Source: Erysipelotrichaceae bacterium
Lineage (GTDB): Bacteria > Bacillota_I > Bacilli_A > RFN20 > CAG-826
Direction: 5' to 3'
NCBI GenBank assembly: GCA_012837435.1
Contig: DURD01000007.1
Coordinates: forward strand, 11,445 to 75,444
DNA length: 64,000 nt
Made by a program: the position numbers and the translations under genes. Numbering within the stretch: the first letter of the stretch is position 1; every line of letters begins with the position of its first letter. The notes under the pieces were generated by a model that did no database searches, was not told the origin of the DNA, and saw only the letters and a program-made list of their open reading frames with translations. Positions 10,958-21,688 of this stretch are shown piece by piece.

Positions 10958-13363
10958 ATGTTTAGAAACAAACAAGCATTTAAAAAAGAATACGCAAAAA
11001 GACTACTAGAAACTTATGGTGTCAGTGTAGAAAATAGCCACATCACCGAAAGATATCAAATTTTGGGTGAAATGGTAAGAGATTACGCCAATCTAAACTG
11101 GGGCAAAATCTACGATAGAGCCGTAAGAGAACAAAAAGCCTTGATATATTTTTCCATGGAATTTTTAATCGGTCGATTGCTCATCAACAATTTACAAAAC
11201 ATGGGAATATACGAGGTCACAAAAAGAGGACTAGAAGATTTAGGAATTTCCATTCATGAACTCGAAGAAGAAGAAAGTGATGCGGGTTTAGGCAATGGGG
11301 GTTTAGGTCGTCTAGCGGCGTGCTTTTTAGATAGTATTGCTTCTTTAGGTTATATCGGTCATGGCAATTGCATCCGCTATACCTATGGATTTTTTAGACA
11401 GAGAATAATCGGTGGTCGGCAAGTGGAGCTACCCGATCAATGGTTAACAAATGGCAATGCTTGGGAAGTAAGAAAACCAAAATATGCTGTTGAAGTGAAG
11501 TTTTATGGCTACCCAGAATCATATTTAAAAGAAGATGGAACTTACGCCATAAGAACCGTAAAAACGGTCAATGTTAGAGCCGTCCCTTACGATGTTCCCA
11601 TCGTGGGATACCGCAATAACGTTACTAACACATTGAGATTGTGGAACGCGGAACCTTCTTCCAGCCCCTTACCCAAAGGAACTTCTTTTAAAGAATATTG
11701 CAGCGCTTTAGAAGAATTATGTCATGGTTTATATCCTGATGACAGCACGGAGGAAGGTCGTATTTTAAGGCTTAGACAACAATATTTTCTCGTCTCCGCG
11801 GGACTACAATCCACTCTAGGATCATATTATCGTCATCACGGTACCTTACTAGGTATCCATGAAAAATACGTTTTTCAATTAAATGATACCCATCCGATTT
11901 TAGCTATCCCAGAAATGATGAGAATTATGATGGACGAATATGGCATGGGTTGGGATGAATCGTGGAATGAAGTTCGTAAGTCCATGGCTTTTACTAATCA
12001 CACCATTATGCCTGAAGCATTAGAAAGATGGCCAGTTAGTTATGTACAAAATCTTGTTCCTCGAGTCTACATGATTATCGAAGAAATCAACCGCCGTTTT
12101 AACAATGAAATGACCGAACAAAATCTTTCCAATGCTTATCGCTATCGGATGAACATCATTAAAGATGGACAAATTCATATGTGCAATTTAGCTATCTATA
12201 CTTGCTTTTCAGTAAATGGTGTCGCGGCATTGCACACTGAAATATTAAAAACCATTACTTTTAAAGAATTTTACGAGTGCATGCCCAACAAATTCAACAA
12301 CAAGACGAACGGAGTTACCCATCGTAGATGGCTCGTTTATTCTAATCCCCAACTCACGAAATTAATCAATGAAAAAATTGGGGACGAATGGATTACTAAT
12401 ATGGAACTCATCAAGCAATTTGAACAATACAAAGATGATGAGGAAGTGTTAGAAAGATTAGCGATGATTAAAAAAGAAAATAAAATGGCTCTAGCCAAAT
12501 ACATCAAAGAGCACAACAACATCGAGGTCGATGTCAATGCCATTTTTGATGTGCAGATTAAAAGATTGCACGCGTATAAGAGGCAATTGTTAAACATCTT
12601 CCACGTCATCTACTTATATCAAAGGATGAAAAACGATTCTTCCTTTAGAATCTATCCACGGGTTTATATATTCGGCGCAAAAGCCGCGCCTAGTTACGCT
12701 TACGCTAAAAAGATTATCGAATTGATTTTAGCCGTCGCAGAAGTGGTGAATAACGATCCCGAAATCTCTCCCTACTTAAAAGTGGTATTTATCGAAAATT
12801 ACAGAGTGACTCTCGCGGAACTCATCATTCCCGCGACTGATGTTTCCGAACAAATTTCTACCGCCGGAAAAGAAGCCAGCGGAACTTCCAACATGAAATT
12901 TATGATGAACGGAGCTATTACTTTGGGGACAATGGATGGGGCTAACATCGAAATCGTAGAAAATGTCGGTAACGAAAACGCGGTTATATTTGGTCTAAGA
13001 GCCCATGAAGTCGAACAGCATGTCGCTAATTACGATTACAATCCGTGGGATGTTTACAATAGCGACGAAAGAATCAAAAATGTCTTAGATTCTCTATTAG
13101 ATACCAGTTGGTCAACCTATAATAGACCCGATCGTTTTAAGATGATTTTTAGTGAGGTTATGGATAAACGCGATGAATACTTTATTCTTGCCGATTTTGC
13201 TTCTTATGTGGAAGCTCAAGAAAAAATTGAAGCCTTGTACAAAGATCAAAAGAAATGGCAAAAAATTTGTTTAATCAACATTGCTAACTCTTCATTTTTT
13301 ACTAGCGATAGAACCATCGAAAGTTACGCTCAAGAAATTTGGAACTTAAAAAAGGTGGTATAA
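10958..13363 (+). CDS. glgP: Glycogen/starch phosphorylase
   Basis: GLGNGGLGRLAACF, QLNDTHP, KRLHAYKRQ, EASGTSNMK (PLP lysine). Confidence 0.96.
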   Translation: MFRNKQAFKKEYAKRLLETYGVSVENSHITERYQILGEMVRDYANLNWGKIYDRAVREQKALIYFSMEFLIGRLLINNLQNMGIYEVTKRGLEDLGISIHELEEEESDAGLGNGGLGRLAACFLDSIASLGYIGHGNCIRYTYGFFRQRIIGGRQVELPDQWLTNGNAWEVRKPKYAVEVKFYGYPESYLKEDGTYAIRTVKTVNVRAVPYDVPIVGYRNNVTNTLRLWNAEPSSSPLPKGTSFKEYCSALEELCHGLYPDDSTEEGRILRLRQQYFLVSAGLQSTLGSYYRHHGTLLGIHEKYVFQLNDTHPILAIPEMMRIMMDEYGMGWDESWNEVRKSMAFTNHTIMPEALERWPVSYVQNLVPRVYMIIEEINRRFNNEMTEQNLSNAYRYRMNIIKDGQIHMCNLAIYTCFSVNGVAALHTEILKTITFKEFYECMPNKFNNKTNGVTHRRWLVYSNPQLTKLINEKIGDEWITNMELIKQFEQYKDDEEVLERLAMIKKENKMALAKYIKEHNNIEVDVNAIFDVQIKRLHAYKRQLLNIFHVIYLYQRMKNDSSFRIYPRVYIFGAKAAPSYAYAKKIIELILAVAEVVNNDPEISPYLKVVFIENYRVTLAELIIPATDVSEQISTAGKEASGTSNMKFMMNGAITLGTMDGANIEIVENVGNENAVIFGLRAHEVEQHVANYDYNPWDVYNSDERIKNVLDSLLDTSWSTYNRPDRFKMIFSEVMDKRDEYFILADFASYVEAQEKIEALYKDQKKWQKICLINIANSSFFTSDRTIESYAQEIWNLKKVV

Positions 13364-13365
13364 GA

Positions 13366-13857
13366 ATGGCCATCGATCTACATCTTCTATACGAAAAACA
13401 AGCCGAACTCGACGCGACCATTGCTAAAAATCACCATATCAGCTATGCGACCACGCGTGAAAAAAGACTTTTAGCTCTCCTCGTGGAACTCGGTGAATTC
13501 GCTAATGCCACGCGATGCTTTAAATATTGGTCTCACAAAGAGAGCGAACCCAAAAAGGTGGTTTTAGACGAATATGTCGATGGTTTACATTTTTTCTTAT
13601 CTTTAGGCATTGATATTAATGTCTCAAAAAAAGTTTACCGCTACAGTAAACACGCTACAGATTTGACTGCACAAATATTAGAAACTTATCGTCTAGTCGG
13701 ACTATTTATCGCTAAACAAGATGAACAAAGTTACGTGAGAGCGTTTCGTTCTTTCATAAACATCGTTCCTTTGTTAAAGGTGAAGTGGTCGACGATTGAA
13801 AAAGCTTATTACGAGAAACTCGAAGAAAACTATCATCGGCAAAATAGCCATTACTAA
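13366..13857 (+). CDS. Dimeric all-alpha dUTP diphosphatase family protein
   Basis: ALLVELGEFANATRCFKYWS, EYVDGLHFFLS, C-terminal KxxxNxxRQxxxY pattern. Confidence 0.82.
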   Translation: MAIDLHLLYEKQAELDATIAKNHHISYATTREKRLLALLVELGEFANATRCFKYWSHKESEPKKVVLDEYVDGLHFFLSLGIDINVSKKVYRYSKHATDLTAQILETYRLVGLFIAKQDEQSYVRAFRSFINIVPLLKVKWSTIEKAYYEKLEENYHRQNSHY

Positions 13858-13866
13858 TATAAATGA

Positions 13867-14298
13867 CTAGAGGAGCGCGGCTATTTCGTCTTCGCTATAG
13901 ACTGCGATTCCTTTTCTTTTGAGCAAAGAAGCGGTGACGCCCATTCCTTCGATTAATTTATTGGAGAAAGAACCATCATAAATATGATGAACCCCACAAG
14001 AAGGGGATCTTTCTTTAAAGATAGCAATTTTAATATTGAGATAGAGGCAGATGTTATAGGCAAGATCAGCACCTTTAACAAAATTAACGGTGACATCTTT
14101 GCCTTTACTATTAATTACTTTGCCCCCATGTTGTTCGCTCGGCGAGCGGGGTATACTTAAGCCTCCTTCGACTTCTGGACAAAAAGGCACTAGTTCATAT
14201 TTCTCCAAAAGTTGTTCTATCAAAGGATGGTAGTTACTTTTTCCTAAGTAATTAACTTTATCGCCGATGAGACAAGCGGAAATTAAGATTTTTTCCAT
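13867..14298 (-). CDS. DUF523 / 2-thiouracil desulfurase family (YbbK-like)
   Basis: ILISACL, FCPEVEGGL..PR, KERSPSCG motifs. Confidence 0.85.
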   Translation of the reverse strand: MEKILISACLIGDKVNYLGKSNYHPLIEQLLEKYELVPFCPEVEGGLSIPRSPSEQHGGKVINSKGKDVTVNFVKGADLAYNICLYLNIKIAIFKERSPSCGVHHIYDGSFSNKLIEGMGVTASLLKRKGIAVYSEDEIAALL

Positions 14299-14493
14299 AC
14301 TCGTCTATTTTAATAATGTTTGCGGTCTCTCGCAAGAGCATAGATAACAAATTCATCCTCGTTTCTTTTGACTTATTTTTAAAGCAAAAATCTGTCCAAT
14401 TATCACAAATCATTGATGAAATAAGTTCTCATTTTCTTAAATTTAATAATAAAAACGAGCGATTAGAAGGAGAAAATAGTATGATTAATAGGT

Positions 14494-15129
14494 ATGGAAA
14501 ATAGCTTTATCTACCTATTTGAAGGAAAATCATATCAAGTAGTGGTTAAATATAAAAAAATCAAAAACATTCACTATCGTTTTAACGGGGTTAATTTTTT
14601 GATTTCTTGCCCGAAAAGAACTAGCCTTATGACTCTTAAAAGTGGGTTAGATAAATTCGCGAAGAAACTCATCGACAGATGCTCTAAGTTCGCCCTAGAA
14701 ACCGAAGACTATATTTATATTTTTGCTGAAAAATATGAGTTAACTTATCCGGGAACAATTGTACTAAGAGACACCGTTATCCATTATAAAACTAATAAGG
14801 ATTTCCATAATAAATTAAAAGGGTGGTTTTTAAATTATCTAAAAGAACAAACTAAAAAAGAGGCTTTAAGGATGAACGCCCCTTTCTATGAGGTAAAAGT
14901 AAGAAAAATGTCCACGCGATATGGGACGAACAATAAAAATAAAAAAACCATTACCTATTCCTATTCTTTAATCCATTATGATGAAGCTATAATAGATTCA
15001 GTTATCATCCACGAATTAAGCCATTGTTTTGTTTATAACCACAGCAACAAATTCTATGATGTTTTGTATAAATATTGTCCAAAATATAATGAATATCGCC
15101 GAAAATTATTAAAAATGGAGTTAAAATAA
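14494..15129 (+). CDS. YgjP/DUF45-like zinc metalloprotease family protein
   Basis: MSTRYG, VIIHELSH (HExxH), NHSNKFY. Confidence 0.82.
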   Translation: MENSFIYLFEGKSYQVVVKYKKIKNIHYRFNGVNFLISCPKRTSLMTLKSGLDKFAKKLIDRCSKFALETEDYIYIFAEKYELTYPGTIVLRDTVIHYKTNKDFHNKLKGWFLNYLKEQTKKEALRMNAPFYEVKVRKMSTRYGTNNKNKKTITYSYSLIHYDEAIIDSVIIHELSHCFVYNHSNKFYDVLYKYCPKYNEYRRKLLKMELK

Positions 15130-15854
15130 TGTTAGAAATCATTTCAAAAAACAATAATAAAATCAAAGAAGCCTATGCTTTAAAAATGAAAAAAACTCGA
15201 TTAGAGAAAGGTCTTTTTCTTATGGAAGGTTTTAAAAATCTCGAGATGGCCTTAGCTCACGGTGTGGTTAAAACTATTTTTACTTCCGTTCCTTTGTCGA
15301 AGGTAGCGGAAGATATAGAAGTTTATAAAGTAAATATGGATCTCATTAAAAAATTAGCGAGCTCTAAAAATCCAGAAGGGGTAGTGTTTGTTTCGGAAAT
15401 CTTAAAACCACGGAAAAAGAAAAATGAATATCATAAAAATATCTATCTAGATCGAATTAATGACCCAGGTAATCTAGGAACGATTATTAGAAGCGCCGCC
15501 GCCTTTAATTACGATGCGGTGATATTAGCAAAAGGCAGTGTGGACTTATATAACGAAAAAGTTTTAGCGTCGACGAAGGGCTCGATTTTCTTAATCGATG
15601 TCTTCTACGACGATTTAGCTAATTATAAAAAAAGTCACAAGATAATTGTTTCAACAATTGATAAAAATTCCTCGCCCTTATCTCATCTACCAAAATACGA
15701 TAATTTCGTGCTTGTAGTCGGAAGTGAAAGCCATGGAGTGAGCGAAGAATATCTTCATCTTGCCGATATCAAAGTCAACATTCCGATAGATGCAAAAATC
15801 GATTCTTTGAATGTGGCGATAGCTTCAGGGATCCTAATGTATCATTTAAAATAA
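15129..15854 (+). CDS. TrmH/SpoU family RNA methyltransferase
   Basis: DPGNLGTIIRSA, GSESHG, DSLNVAIA; usual position upstream of pheS. Confidence 0.92.
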   Translation: MLEIISKNNNKIKEAYALKMKKTRLEKGLFLMEGFKNLEMALAHGVVKTIFTSVPLSKVAEDIEVYKVNMDLIKKLASSKNPEGVVFVSEILKPRKKKNEYHKNIYLDRINDPGNLGTIIRSAAAFNYDAVILAKGSVDLYNEKVLASTKGSIFLIDVFYDDLANYKKSHKIIVSTIDKNSSPLSHLPKYDNFVLVVGSESHGVSEEYLHLADIKVNIPIDAKIDSLNVAIASGILMYHLK

Positions 15855-15954
15855 ATAACTACGCCTAATCAGTGTTAAAATAATATTACAAAATGCTAAT
15901 GTAATATTTATTTTTATGTTATAATCATTAACGATTTTACAAGTGAGGTTCGTT

Positions 15955-16992
15955 ATGGAAAAAGGAACAGTATTGCTTTTAGAAAAAACCGCGTTAAAGC
16001 AAATCGAGGAAGCGAAAAGCACAGAAGCGTTGAACAATGTGAAAAATACTTATCTATCGAAGAAAAGTGAACTGTCCACTTTGACGAGCCAAATCGGAAG
16101 TCTTCCCGTAGAACAAAAAAAAGAATGTGGTCAATTAATTAATTCGGTCCGTCAAGCTATCACGCAAGCCATCGAAGAAAAAATGGTTTTACTAAAGAAC
16201 CAAGAATTAGAAGAAAAACTAGAAAAAGAAACCATCGATATTTCTCTACCAGGCAAAGATTCTAATCTCGGTTCTAGAAACCCCTTTTATGTCATTCAAG
16301 ATGAAATGGTTGAAATATTTTTAGGGATGGGTTTTGAAATTGCTGATGGCCCAGAAGTGGAGACCGATCTTTTTAATTTTGAACTCCTAAACATTCCGAA
16401 AGACCATCCCGCTAGAGATATGCAGGATACTTTCTATATCAACGAGAACGAATTATTAAGAACGCATACTTCTCCGGTTCAAGCTAGAGCCATGAAAGCT
16501 AAAAAGGGTAGTCCTATCAGAATGATTTGTCCTGGCAAAACTTATCGGAGAGATAATGACGACGCCACTCATTCTCATCAATTTGCGCAAATTGAAGGCC
16601 TAGTCATCGATAAAGATATCAATCTCGGTCACTTGAAAGCTACTTTAGAGCTATTTGTCAAAAAGATGTTTGGAGAAAAAAGAGAAATTAGACTGAGAAG
16701 TTCTTATTTCCCCTTTACTGAGCCGAGTGTCGAAGTCGATATCACTTGTGCGAACTGCAATGGTAAAGGTTGTGCGATGTGTAAAGGAACCGGTTTTATT
16801 GAAATCCTCGGAGCGGGGATGGTCCACCCCAACGTTTTAAAGATGAACGGATACGATCCCAATCAATACAGTGGATTCGCCTTTGGCGTCGGCATTGAAC
16901 GCCTCGCTATATTAAGATACGACATCGACGATATCCGCAAGATTTATCAAAACGATGTTCGCTTTTTACAGCAGTTTAAAAAAGTGAGCTAG
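15955..16992 (+). CDS. pheS: Phenylalanine-tRNA ligase alpha subunit
   Basis: HPARDMQDTFY, LRTHTSPVQ, FPFTEPS, GFAFGVGIER; SD GTGAGG before ATG 15955. Confidence 0.97.
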   Translation: MEKGTVLLLEKTALKQIEEAKSTEALNNVKNTYLSKKSELSTLTSQIGSLPVEQKKECGQLINSVRQAITQAIEEKMVLLKNQELEEKLEKETIDISLPGKDSNLGSRNPFYVIQDEMVEIFLGMGFEIADGPEVETDLFNFELLNIPKDHPARDMQDTFYINENELLRTHTSPVQARAMKAKKGSPIRMICPGKTYRRDNDDATHSHQFAQIEGLVIDKDINLGHLKATLELFVKKMFGEKREIRLRSSYFPFTEPSVEVDITCANCNGKGCAMCKGTGFIEILGAGMVHPNVLKMNGYDPNQYSGFAFGVGIERLAILRYDIDDIRKIYQNDVRFLQQFKKVS

Positions 16993-17004
16993 GGGGACAA
17001 AATT

Positions 17005-19407
17005 ATGTTAGTCAGTTTAAAAAATATTAGTCAATATGTTTCCTTAGAGGGATTAACTCCCGAAGCAATTGCCGATAAACTCACTTTTTCTGGTGTCGAA
17101 GTGGAAGAAGTTAAATATTTAGCGCGTGGCACTCATCTAGTCATCGGGGAAGTAGTTTCTTGTGAGCCTCATCCTAACGGCGACTACTTGCATGTTTTAA
17201 ATGTATATTTAGGTAAAAAATACGGAACTAGTCAAATCGTTTGTGGGGCCCCTAATGCTCGGGTCGGCCTAAAGGTCATCGTCGCTCGTGTTGGGGCGAT
17301 ATTACCGCAAATGGAAATCAAAAAAGGAATCATTCGCGGAGTGGAAAGCAACGGCATGTGCTGCAGTTTGCTCGAACTCGGTGTCGATGCTAAATATCTT
17401 TCTGAATATCAAAAAGCGGGAATTGAAGAGTTGCCTCACGATGCGTTAGTCGGTGAAGAAAATGTTTTGGGATACTTAGGTTTAGATGATGTAGTTTTAA
17501 ACATTAAAGTTCTAGCGAATCGCCCAGACTTACTATCGGTTTTTAACATCGCTAGAGAAATCGGAGCTATCTATAATCGAGAAGTCAAACTTCCAGAAGT
17601 ACCACCGAAAGTTGATTTTAATACCCGATTAGTGGTTTCTTCTACCACTGATAAATGCCCGCAGTTCGCCTCCAAAGAAATAAGAAATATCGTCATTAAA
17701 CCCTCTCCAAAATGGTTATCATCTTCTCTGATGGCTATGGGGATTAGGAGCATCAATAACATTGTCGATATCGGTAACTATGTCATGGTAATGACTGGTC
17801 AACCCTTGCATATGTATGATGCCGATAAATTAGCTAGAGCGGAGCTAACCGCTCAAGATGATTACGAAGGCGATTTCATCGCTCTTGATGAAAAAACTTA
17901 CAAAATCAATTTAGGCGATATCGTCATTTGCTGTAATAATAAACCGATGTGTTTAGGGGGAGTGATGGGCTCTTTAGAATGCGCCGTCGATGAAAAAACT
18001 AAAAATATTTATATCGAAGCGGCATCTTTTGACAGCGCCACGATTAGACACACCTCAAATCGTCTCGGTTTAGCGAGCGAATCTTCGATGAGATTTATTA
18101 AAGGCACCAATCATTTTCAAGCGGAATTTGTTTTAAATTACGCCGCTAATTTAATTAATGAATTATGTGAAGCAAAAGAAAACAGTCAGATTGTATCTTA
18201 TTCTAGTGAAATCTATGAAGATCGCATCGTGGCTTGTTCTATTGCAAAGATTAACAAGCGTTTAGGCACTAACTTTTCTAAAGACCAAATCAAAGAAGTT
18301 TTAGAGAGGTTGAATTTTGTTTTAACTTTTAAAAACGACAATGAATTTTCTGCGTTAGTACCTATTTATAGACTAGACGTCACCAGCGACGCTGATTTAA
18401 GCGAAGAAGTCATCCGTTTATTAGGCTTTGAAAATGTCGAATCCATCTTACCTCGTTTAGATACGAAAGTGGGAATGCTGAGTGAAAGACAAAAGAGAAT
18501 TAAAAATCTCCGCACGCTTCTGCTCAGTAAAGGTTTAGATGAGTGCGTGACTTATTCGCTGACTTCCAAAAAGAAAATGAACGAATTTAATTTGTTAAAA
18601 AACGAAGAACATTATTTCATCATCAACCCTTTGACCGATGAAAGAGAAGTCTTTAGAACGCATATTCTCTCTTCTTTACTCGAAGTCGCTTCCTACAATG
18701 TCGCTAGACAAAATAAGAATTTGGCTCTATTTGAAATTTCCCAGATGATTAGTAAATCTTCGAGAAATGAACATCTCGCTATCGTGTTAGTGGGGCAAAA
18801 ATTATCGCAAGCTCAACTCAAAAAAGAAGATTATGATTTCTATCACGTTAAAGGTTTAGTGGAGGCAATTTTTGCTTCTTTAGGTATCGAACCTTCCAGA
18901 TATAGATTCGATCGATTAATCGACAATAACCAAGAACTTCATCCGGGTAAAGCGGCGGCCATCTTTTTCCAAAATAAGTTAGTGGGAAAGTGCGGAGAGC
19001 TTCATCCTTCGGCGATTGAGAAATACGACTTAGGTAAAACTAGCGCGGCGGTTTTAGAAATGAATATCGAACTATTATTAGAAGCTAGAGTTAGTGAAAT
19101 TAAAATGTCTCCCATCTCTCGCTTCCCCAGTGTTTCTCGCGATTTAGCTTTTGTTTTAAAACAGGAAATAGCCTCTAACGACGTCATTAGAGTAGTGAAA
19201 AAGAGTGGGGGTGCTCTAGTCACTAACTGCGAAGTTTTTGATATCTATCAAGGAGAAGGGATTGCGGAAGGCAAGAAGTCGATGGCTATTACCGTTACCT
19301 ATCTCAAAGATGGAGGAACACTCACCGAAAAAGAAGTGAGCGATTTAGAAGACAAGATTAAGTTTGAGTTAACTCGTCAATTTAAAGCGGAGATTCGTAC
19401 CTCATGA
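17005..19407 (+). CDS. pheT: Phenylalanine-tRNA ligase beta subunit
   Basis: QIVCGAPN, NRPDLL, INNIVDI, FPSVSRDLA; follows pheS. Confidence 0.97.
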   Translation: MLVSLKNISQYVSLEGLTPEAIADKLTFSGVEVEEVKYLARGTHLVIGEVVSCEPHPNGDYLHVLNVYLGKKYGTSQIVCGAPNARVGLKVIVARVGAILPQMEIKKGIIRGVESNGMCCSLLELGVDAKYLSEYQKAGIEELPHDALVGEENVLGYLGLDDVVLNIKVLANRPDLLSVFNIAREIGAIYNREVKLPEVPPKVDFNTRLVVSSTTDKCPQFASKEIRNIVIKPSPKWLSSSLMAMGIRSINNIVDIGNYVMVMTGQPLHMYDADKLARAELTAQDDYEGDFIALDEKTYKINLGDIVICCNNKPMCLGGVMGSLECAVDEKTKNIYIEAASFDSATIRHTSNRLGLASESSMRFIKGTNHFQAEFVLNYAANLINELCEAKENSQIVSYSSEIYEDRIVACSIAKINKRLGTNFSKDQIKEVLERLNFVLTFKNDNEFSALVPIYRLDVTSDADLSEEVIRLLGFENVESILPRLDTKVGMLSERQKRIKNLRTLLLSKGLDECVTYSLTSKKKMNEFNLLKNEEHYFIINPLTDEREVFRTHILSSLLEVASYNVARQNKNLALFEISQMISKSSRNEHLAIVLVGQKLSQAQLKKEDYDFYHVKGLVEAIFASLGIEPSRYRFDRLIDNNQELHPGKAAAIFFQNKLVGKCGELHPSAIEKYDLGKTSAAVLEMNIELLLEARVSEIKMSPISRFPSVSRDLAFVLKQEIASNDVIRVVKKSGGALVTNCEVFDIYQGEGIAEGKKSMAITVTYLKDGGTLTEKEVSDLEDKIKFELTRQFKAEIRTS

Positions 19408-19907
19408 AAATTAATCGCGCAGCATTACCGGTAAATGAAAGTGTTAAAATTCAAAAAGACATAGATTTTTCTATGCACCCCTCTGACGAACATCACATCA
19501 GAAAAATTGATAAATGTCGGGTGAAGGTCATCTTGAAAGAATATGAAGATGTATTAGAGTGCAAATTATCGGGCACCGCGGAGGTCGTTACTTCTTGTTC
19601 ATACACTCTCGACGACATAGTTTTAAAAATTAAATTTAAAGAAGATTTTTATTTTTCAAACAATAAAACTTCTAGAGAAAATGTCGAATACGAACCAGGC
19701 AGCATCATCGATCTAGAGCCCTACATTTTAGCGCTCATTTGCGATTCTGTCCCTCATAAAATCACTAAACCTGGGGCTTCTTTACCCAGTAGCGGCGAAG
19801 GGTATCGAGTTTTAACTGAAGATGATTTTTTTAAAGAAAGACAAATCCAAACTAACCCTGTTTTTGATGTTTTAGACCAGATAGAACTGCCATCTGATGA
19901 TGAATAA
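19404..19907 (+). CDS. YceD/DUF177-like protein
   Basis: Size and CSYTL...IDL...NPVFDVL pattern resemble the Bacilli YlbN/YceD family; divergent. Confidence 0.6.
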   Translation: MKINRAALPVNESVKIQKDIDFSMHPSDEHHIRKIDKCRVKVILKEYEDVLECKLSGTAEVVTSCSYTLDDIVLKIKFKEDFYFSNNKTSRENVEYEPGSIIDLEPYILALICDSVPHKITKPGASLPSSGEGYRVLTEDDFFKERQIQTNPVFDVLDQIELPSDDE

Positions 19908-19932
19908 CTTTACTTATAAAGTTAAATGAGAT

Positions 19933-19960
19933 AAAATTCCTGAAAAATAGGAATTTTTTT
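19933..19960 (+). terminator. Intrinsic terminator (possibly bidirectional)
   Basis: AAAATTCCT-7 nt loop-AGGAATTTT followed by T run. Confidence 0.7.
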
Positions 19961-19987
19961 ATTCTTAATAATTTTTATTAATAATTA

Positions 19988-20016
19988 TTGCATTATCTTT
20001 TTTACTTTGGCATAAT
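19988..20016 (+). promoter_or_regulatory. Sigma-A promoter of the mraZ operon
   Basis: TTGCAT, 17 bp, CATAAT with TG at the extended -10 position. Confidence 0.65.
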
Positions 20017-20025
20017 ATAGACACC

Positions 20026-20051
20026 AGTGGTAGAAAGTGGTAGAAAGTGGG
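20026..20051 (+). promoter_or_regulatory. MraZ operator: three AGTGG boxes at 10-bp period
   Basis: AGTGGTAGAA AGTGGTAGAA AGTGGG directly before mraZ; matches known GTGG-repeat MraZ sites. Confidence 0.85.
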
Positions 20052-20055
20052 AAAC

Positions 20056-20481
20056 ATGTTTTTTGGAAGTTATAACCATACTCTAGATGAAAAAGGCCGT
20101 TTGATGATTCCTAGCAAAATGCGAGAAAACATCGGAAAGACTCTTTACATCATGCAAGGTTATGACGGTTCTTTATCTTTATATACCGAGAGCCGCTACC
20201 AGGCATTGGGAGAAGAATTTGCTCGCTTATCTTTCAATCAGAGCAAAGTTCGTGATTATTTACGTCTCCAATTCGCTAGTACTTTCGAAATCGATGTCGA
20301 CAAGTTAGGTCGTATCCAATTACCCACCGCCTTGCTCAGCAAATTCAATATTTCACGCGATGTTATCGTTTTAGGCATTGGGGACCATATTGAAATATGG
20401 GACAGAGCCAAATATGAACAATATGAAGATAGCATTCGCGCTGACTTTGAAAATATCGCTGAAGAAATATCTACCAAGTAG
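20056..20481 (+). CDS. mraZ: Division/cell wall cluster repressor MraZ
   Basis: MFFGSYNHTLDEKGRLMIP, DKLGRIQLP, GDHIEIW. Confidence 0.96.
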   Translation: MFFGSYNHTLDEKGRLMIPSKMRENIGKTLYIMQGYDGSLSLYTESRYQALGEEFARLSFNQSKVRDYLRLQFASTFEIDVDKLGRIQLPTALLSKFNISRDVIVLGIGDHIEIWDRAKYEQYEDSIRADFENIAEEISTK

Positions 20482-20487
20482 ACGGAT

Positions 20488-21435
20488 ATGAATGAACATA
20501 TCCCCGTCTTATTAGCCGAAGTCATCGAAGGATTAAACATCAATCCTGAAGGTATCTATGTCGATTTGACCGTTGGACGCGGTGGACATAGTGCGGAAAT
20601 CTTAAAGCGTTTAACATCTGGTCGCTTAATCGCGGTCGATCAAGACGAAGAAGCCATTATTGCTTCTAGACGAAAGTTAGAAAAAATATCTTCTAGTTTT
20701 GTCTTAAAACTCTCTAATTTTTCTAAAATCGATGAAATTCTACAAGAAGAAAATGCCCCATTGGTCGACGGTATCTTGATGGACTTAGGAGTTTCCTCCC
20801 CCCAGTTCGATCAAAAAGAAAGAGGCTTTTCATACAAACAAGACGCGCTATTAGATATGCGAATGGATCAGAGTCAAGAACTGACAGCCTATCAAATAAT
20901 CAATAATTATTCACTCGAGGAACTGACGGATATTTTCAAAAAATACGGCGAAGAAAAATATTCGTATTCCATCGCTAAAAACCTCGTAAAAGAAAGGGAA
21001 ACAAAACCGATTAAGACCACTTTAGAACTAGTGGAAATCATCAAAAAAAGTAAACCGATGAAGGAATTAAAAAAGGCGGGTCATCCCGCTAAACAAGTCT
21101 TTCAAGCCTTACGAATCGCCGTAAACGACGAATTAAACGTCTTACAAATCACGCTATCTCGCGCTTTGAACCATCTAAAGCCTGGAGGTAGATTAGCTGT
21201 CATTACTTTCCATAGTGGTGAAGATCGTCTGGTCAAAACTGCGTTTAAAGAAGCGGCTATCACGATTGGTGACCGTTTCGACGGACCGATGAAAGCTAAA
21301 GAAAAACCATATTATCTTATTAACCGTAAGCCAATTAGCCCTAGTCAAGAAGAATTAAAAAATAATCCGAGATCGGCTAGCGCTAAATTACGGATCATAG
21401 CCAAAAAGAAAGGGGAAAAACAATTATGGTCATGA
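20488..21435 (+). CDS. rsmH: 16S rRNA m4C1402 methyltransferase
   Basis: HIPVLL, GRGGHS, DLGVSSPQ, LDMRM, FQALRIAVNDEL, NPRSASAKLR. Confidence 0.97.
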   Translation: MNEHIPVLLAEVIEGLNINPEGIYVDLTVGRGGHSAEILKRLTSGRLIAVDQDEEAIIASRRKLEKISSSFVLKLSNFSKIDEILQEENAPLVDGILMDLGVSSPQFDQKERGFSYKQDALLDMRMDQSQELTAYQIINNYSLEELTDIFKKYGEEKYSYSIAKNLVKERETKPIKTTLELVEIIKKSKPMKELKKAGHPAKQVFQALRIAVNDELNVLQITLSRALNHLKPGGRLAVITFHSGEDRLVKTAFKEAAITIGDRFDGPMKAKEKPYYLINRKPISPSQEELKNNPRSASAKLRIIAKKKGEKQLWS

Positions 21436-21641
21436 AAGACAAATTATTTAAAAACCAGCATCATCGTTTGTATTATAGGTTTCGTAAATTAGGAATCGTT
21501 TTACTCGTCGCCATTTCTATAGGAACTATAATTGCCGTTCCAACCTACATTACCATGCGCGAAATCGGTAGTCATGCCCAGCATGCTGAAGAAGTACAAA
21601 CCCCAGATGATGTGCCAGAAATTGAAGTAGATAATTATTAA
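21426..21641 (+). CDS. Small bitopic membrane protein in the ftsL position
   Basis: Basic N-terminus, one hydrophobic helix, short acidic tail; overlaps the rsmH stop and has a purine-rich SD. Confidence 0.65.
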   Translation: MVMKDKLFKNQHHRLYYRFRKLGIVLLVAISIGTIIAVPTYITMREIGSHAQHAEEVQTPDDVPEIEVDNY

Positions 21642-21688
21642 TACCTCAATATAAATTTCTCCTTGTTTGTCCATCTCCTCAATGGACG

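Noticed and set aside
14316..14504. 62-aa ORF
   Set aside because: It spans a divergent promoter region, has no SD and no motif.
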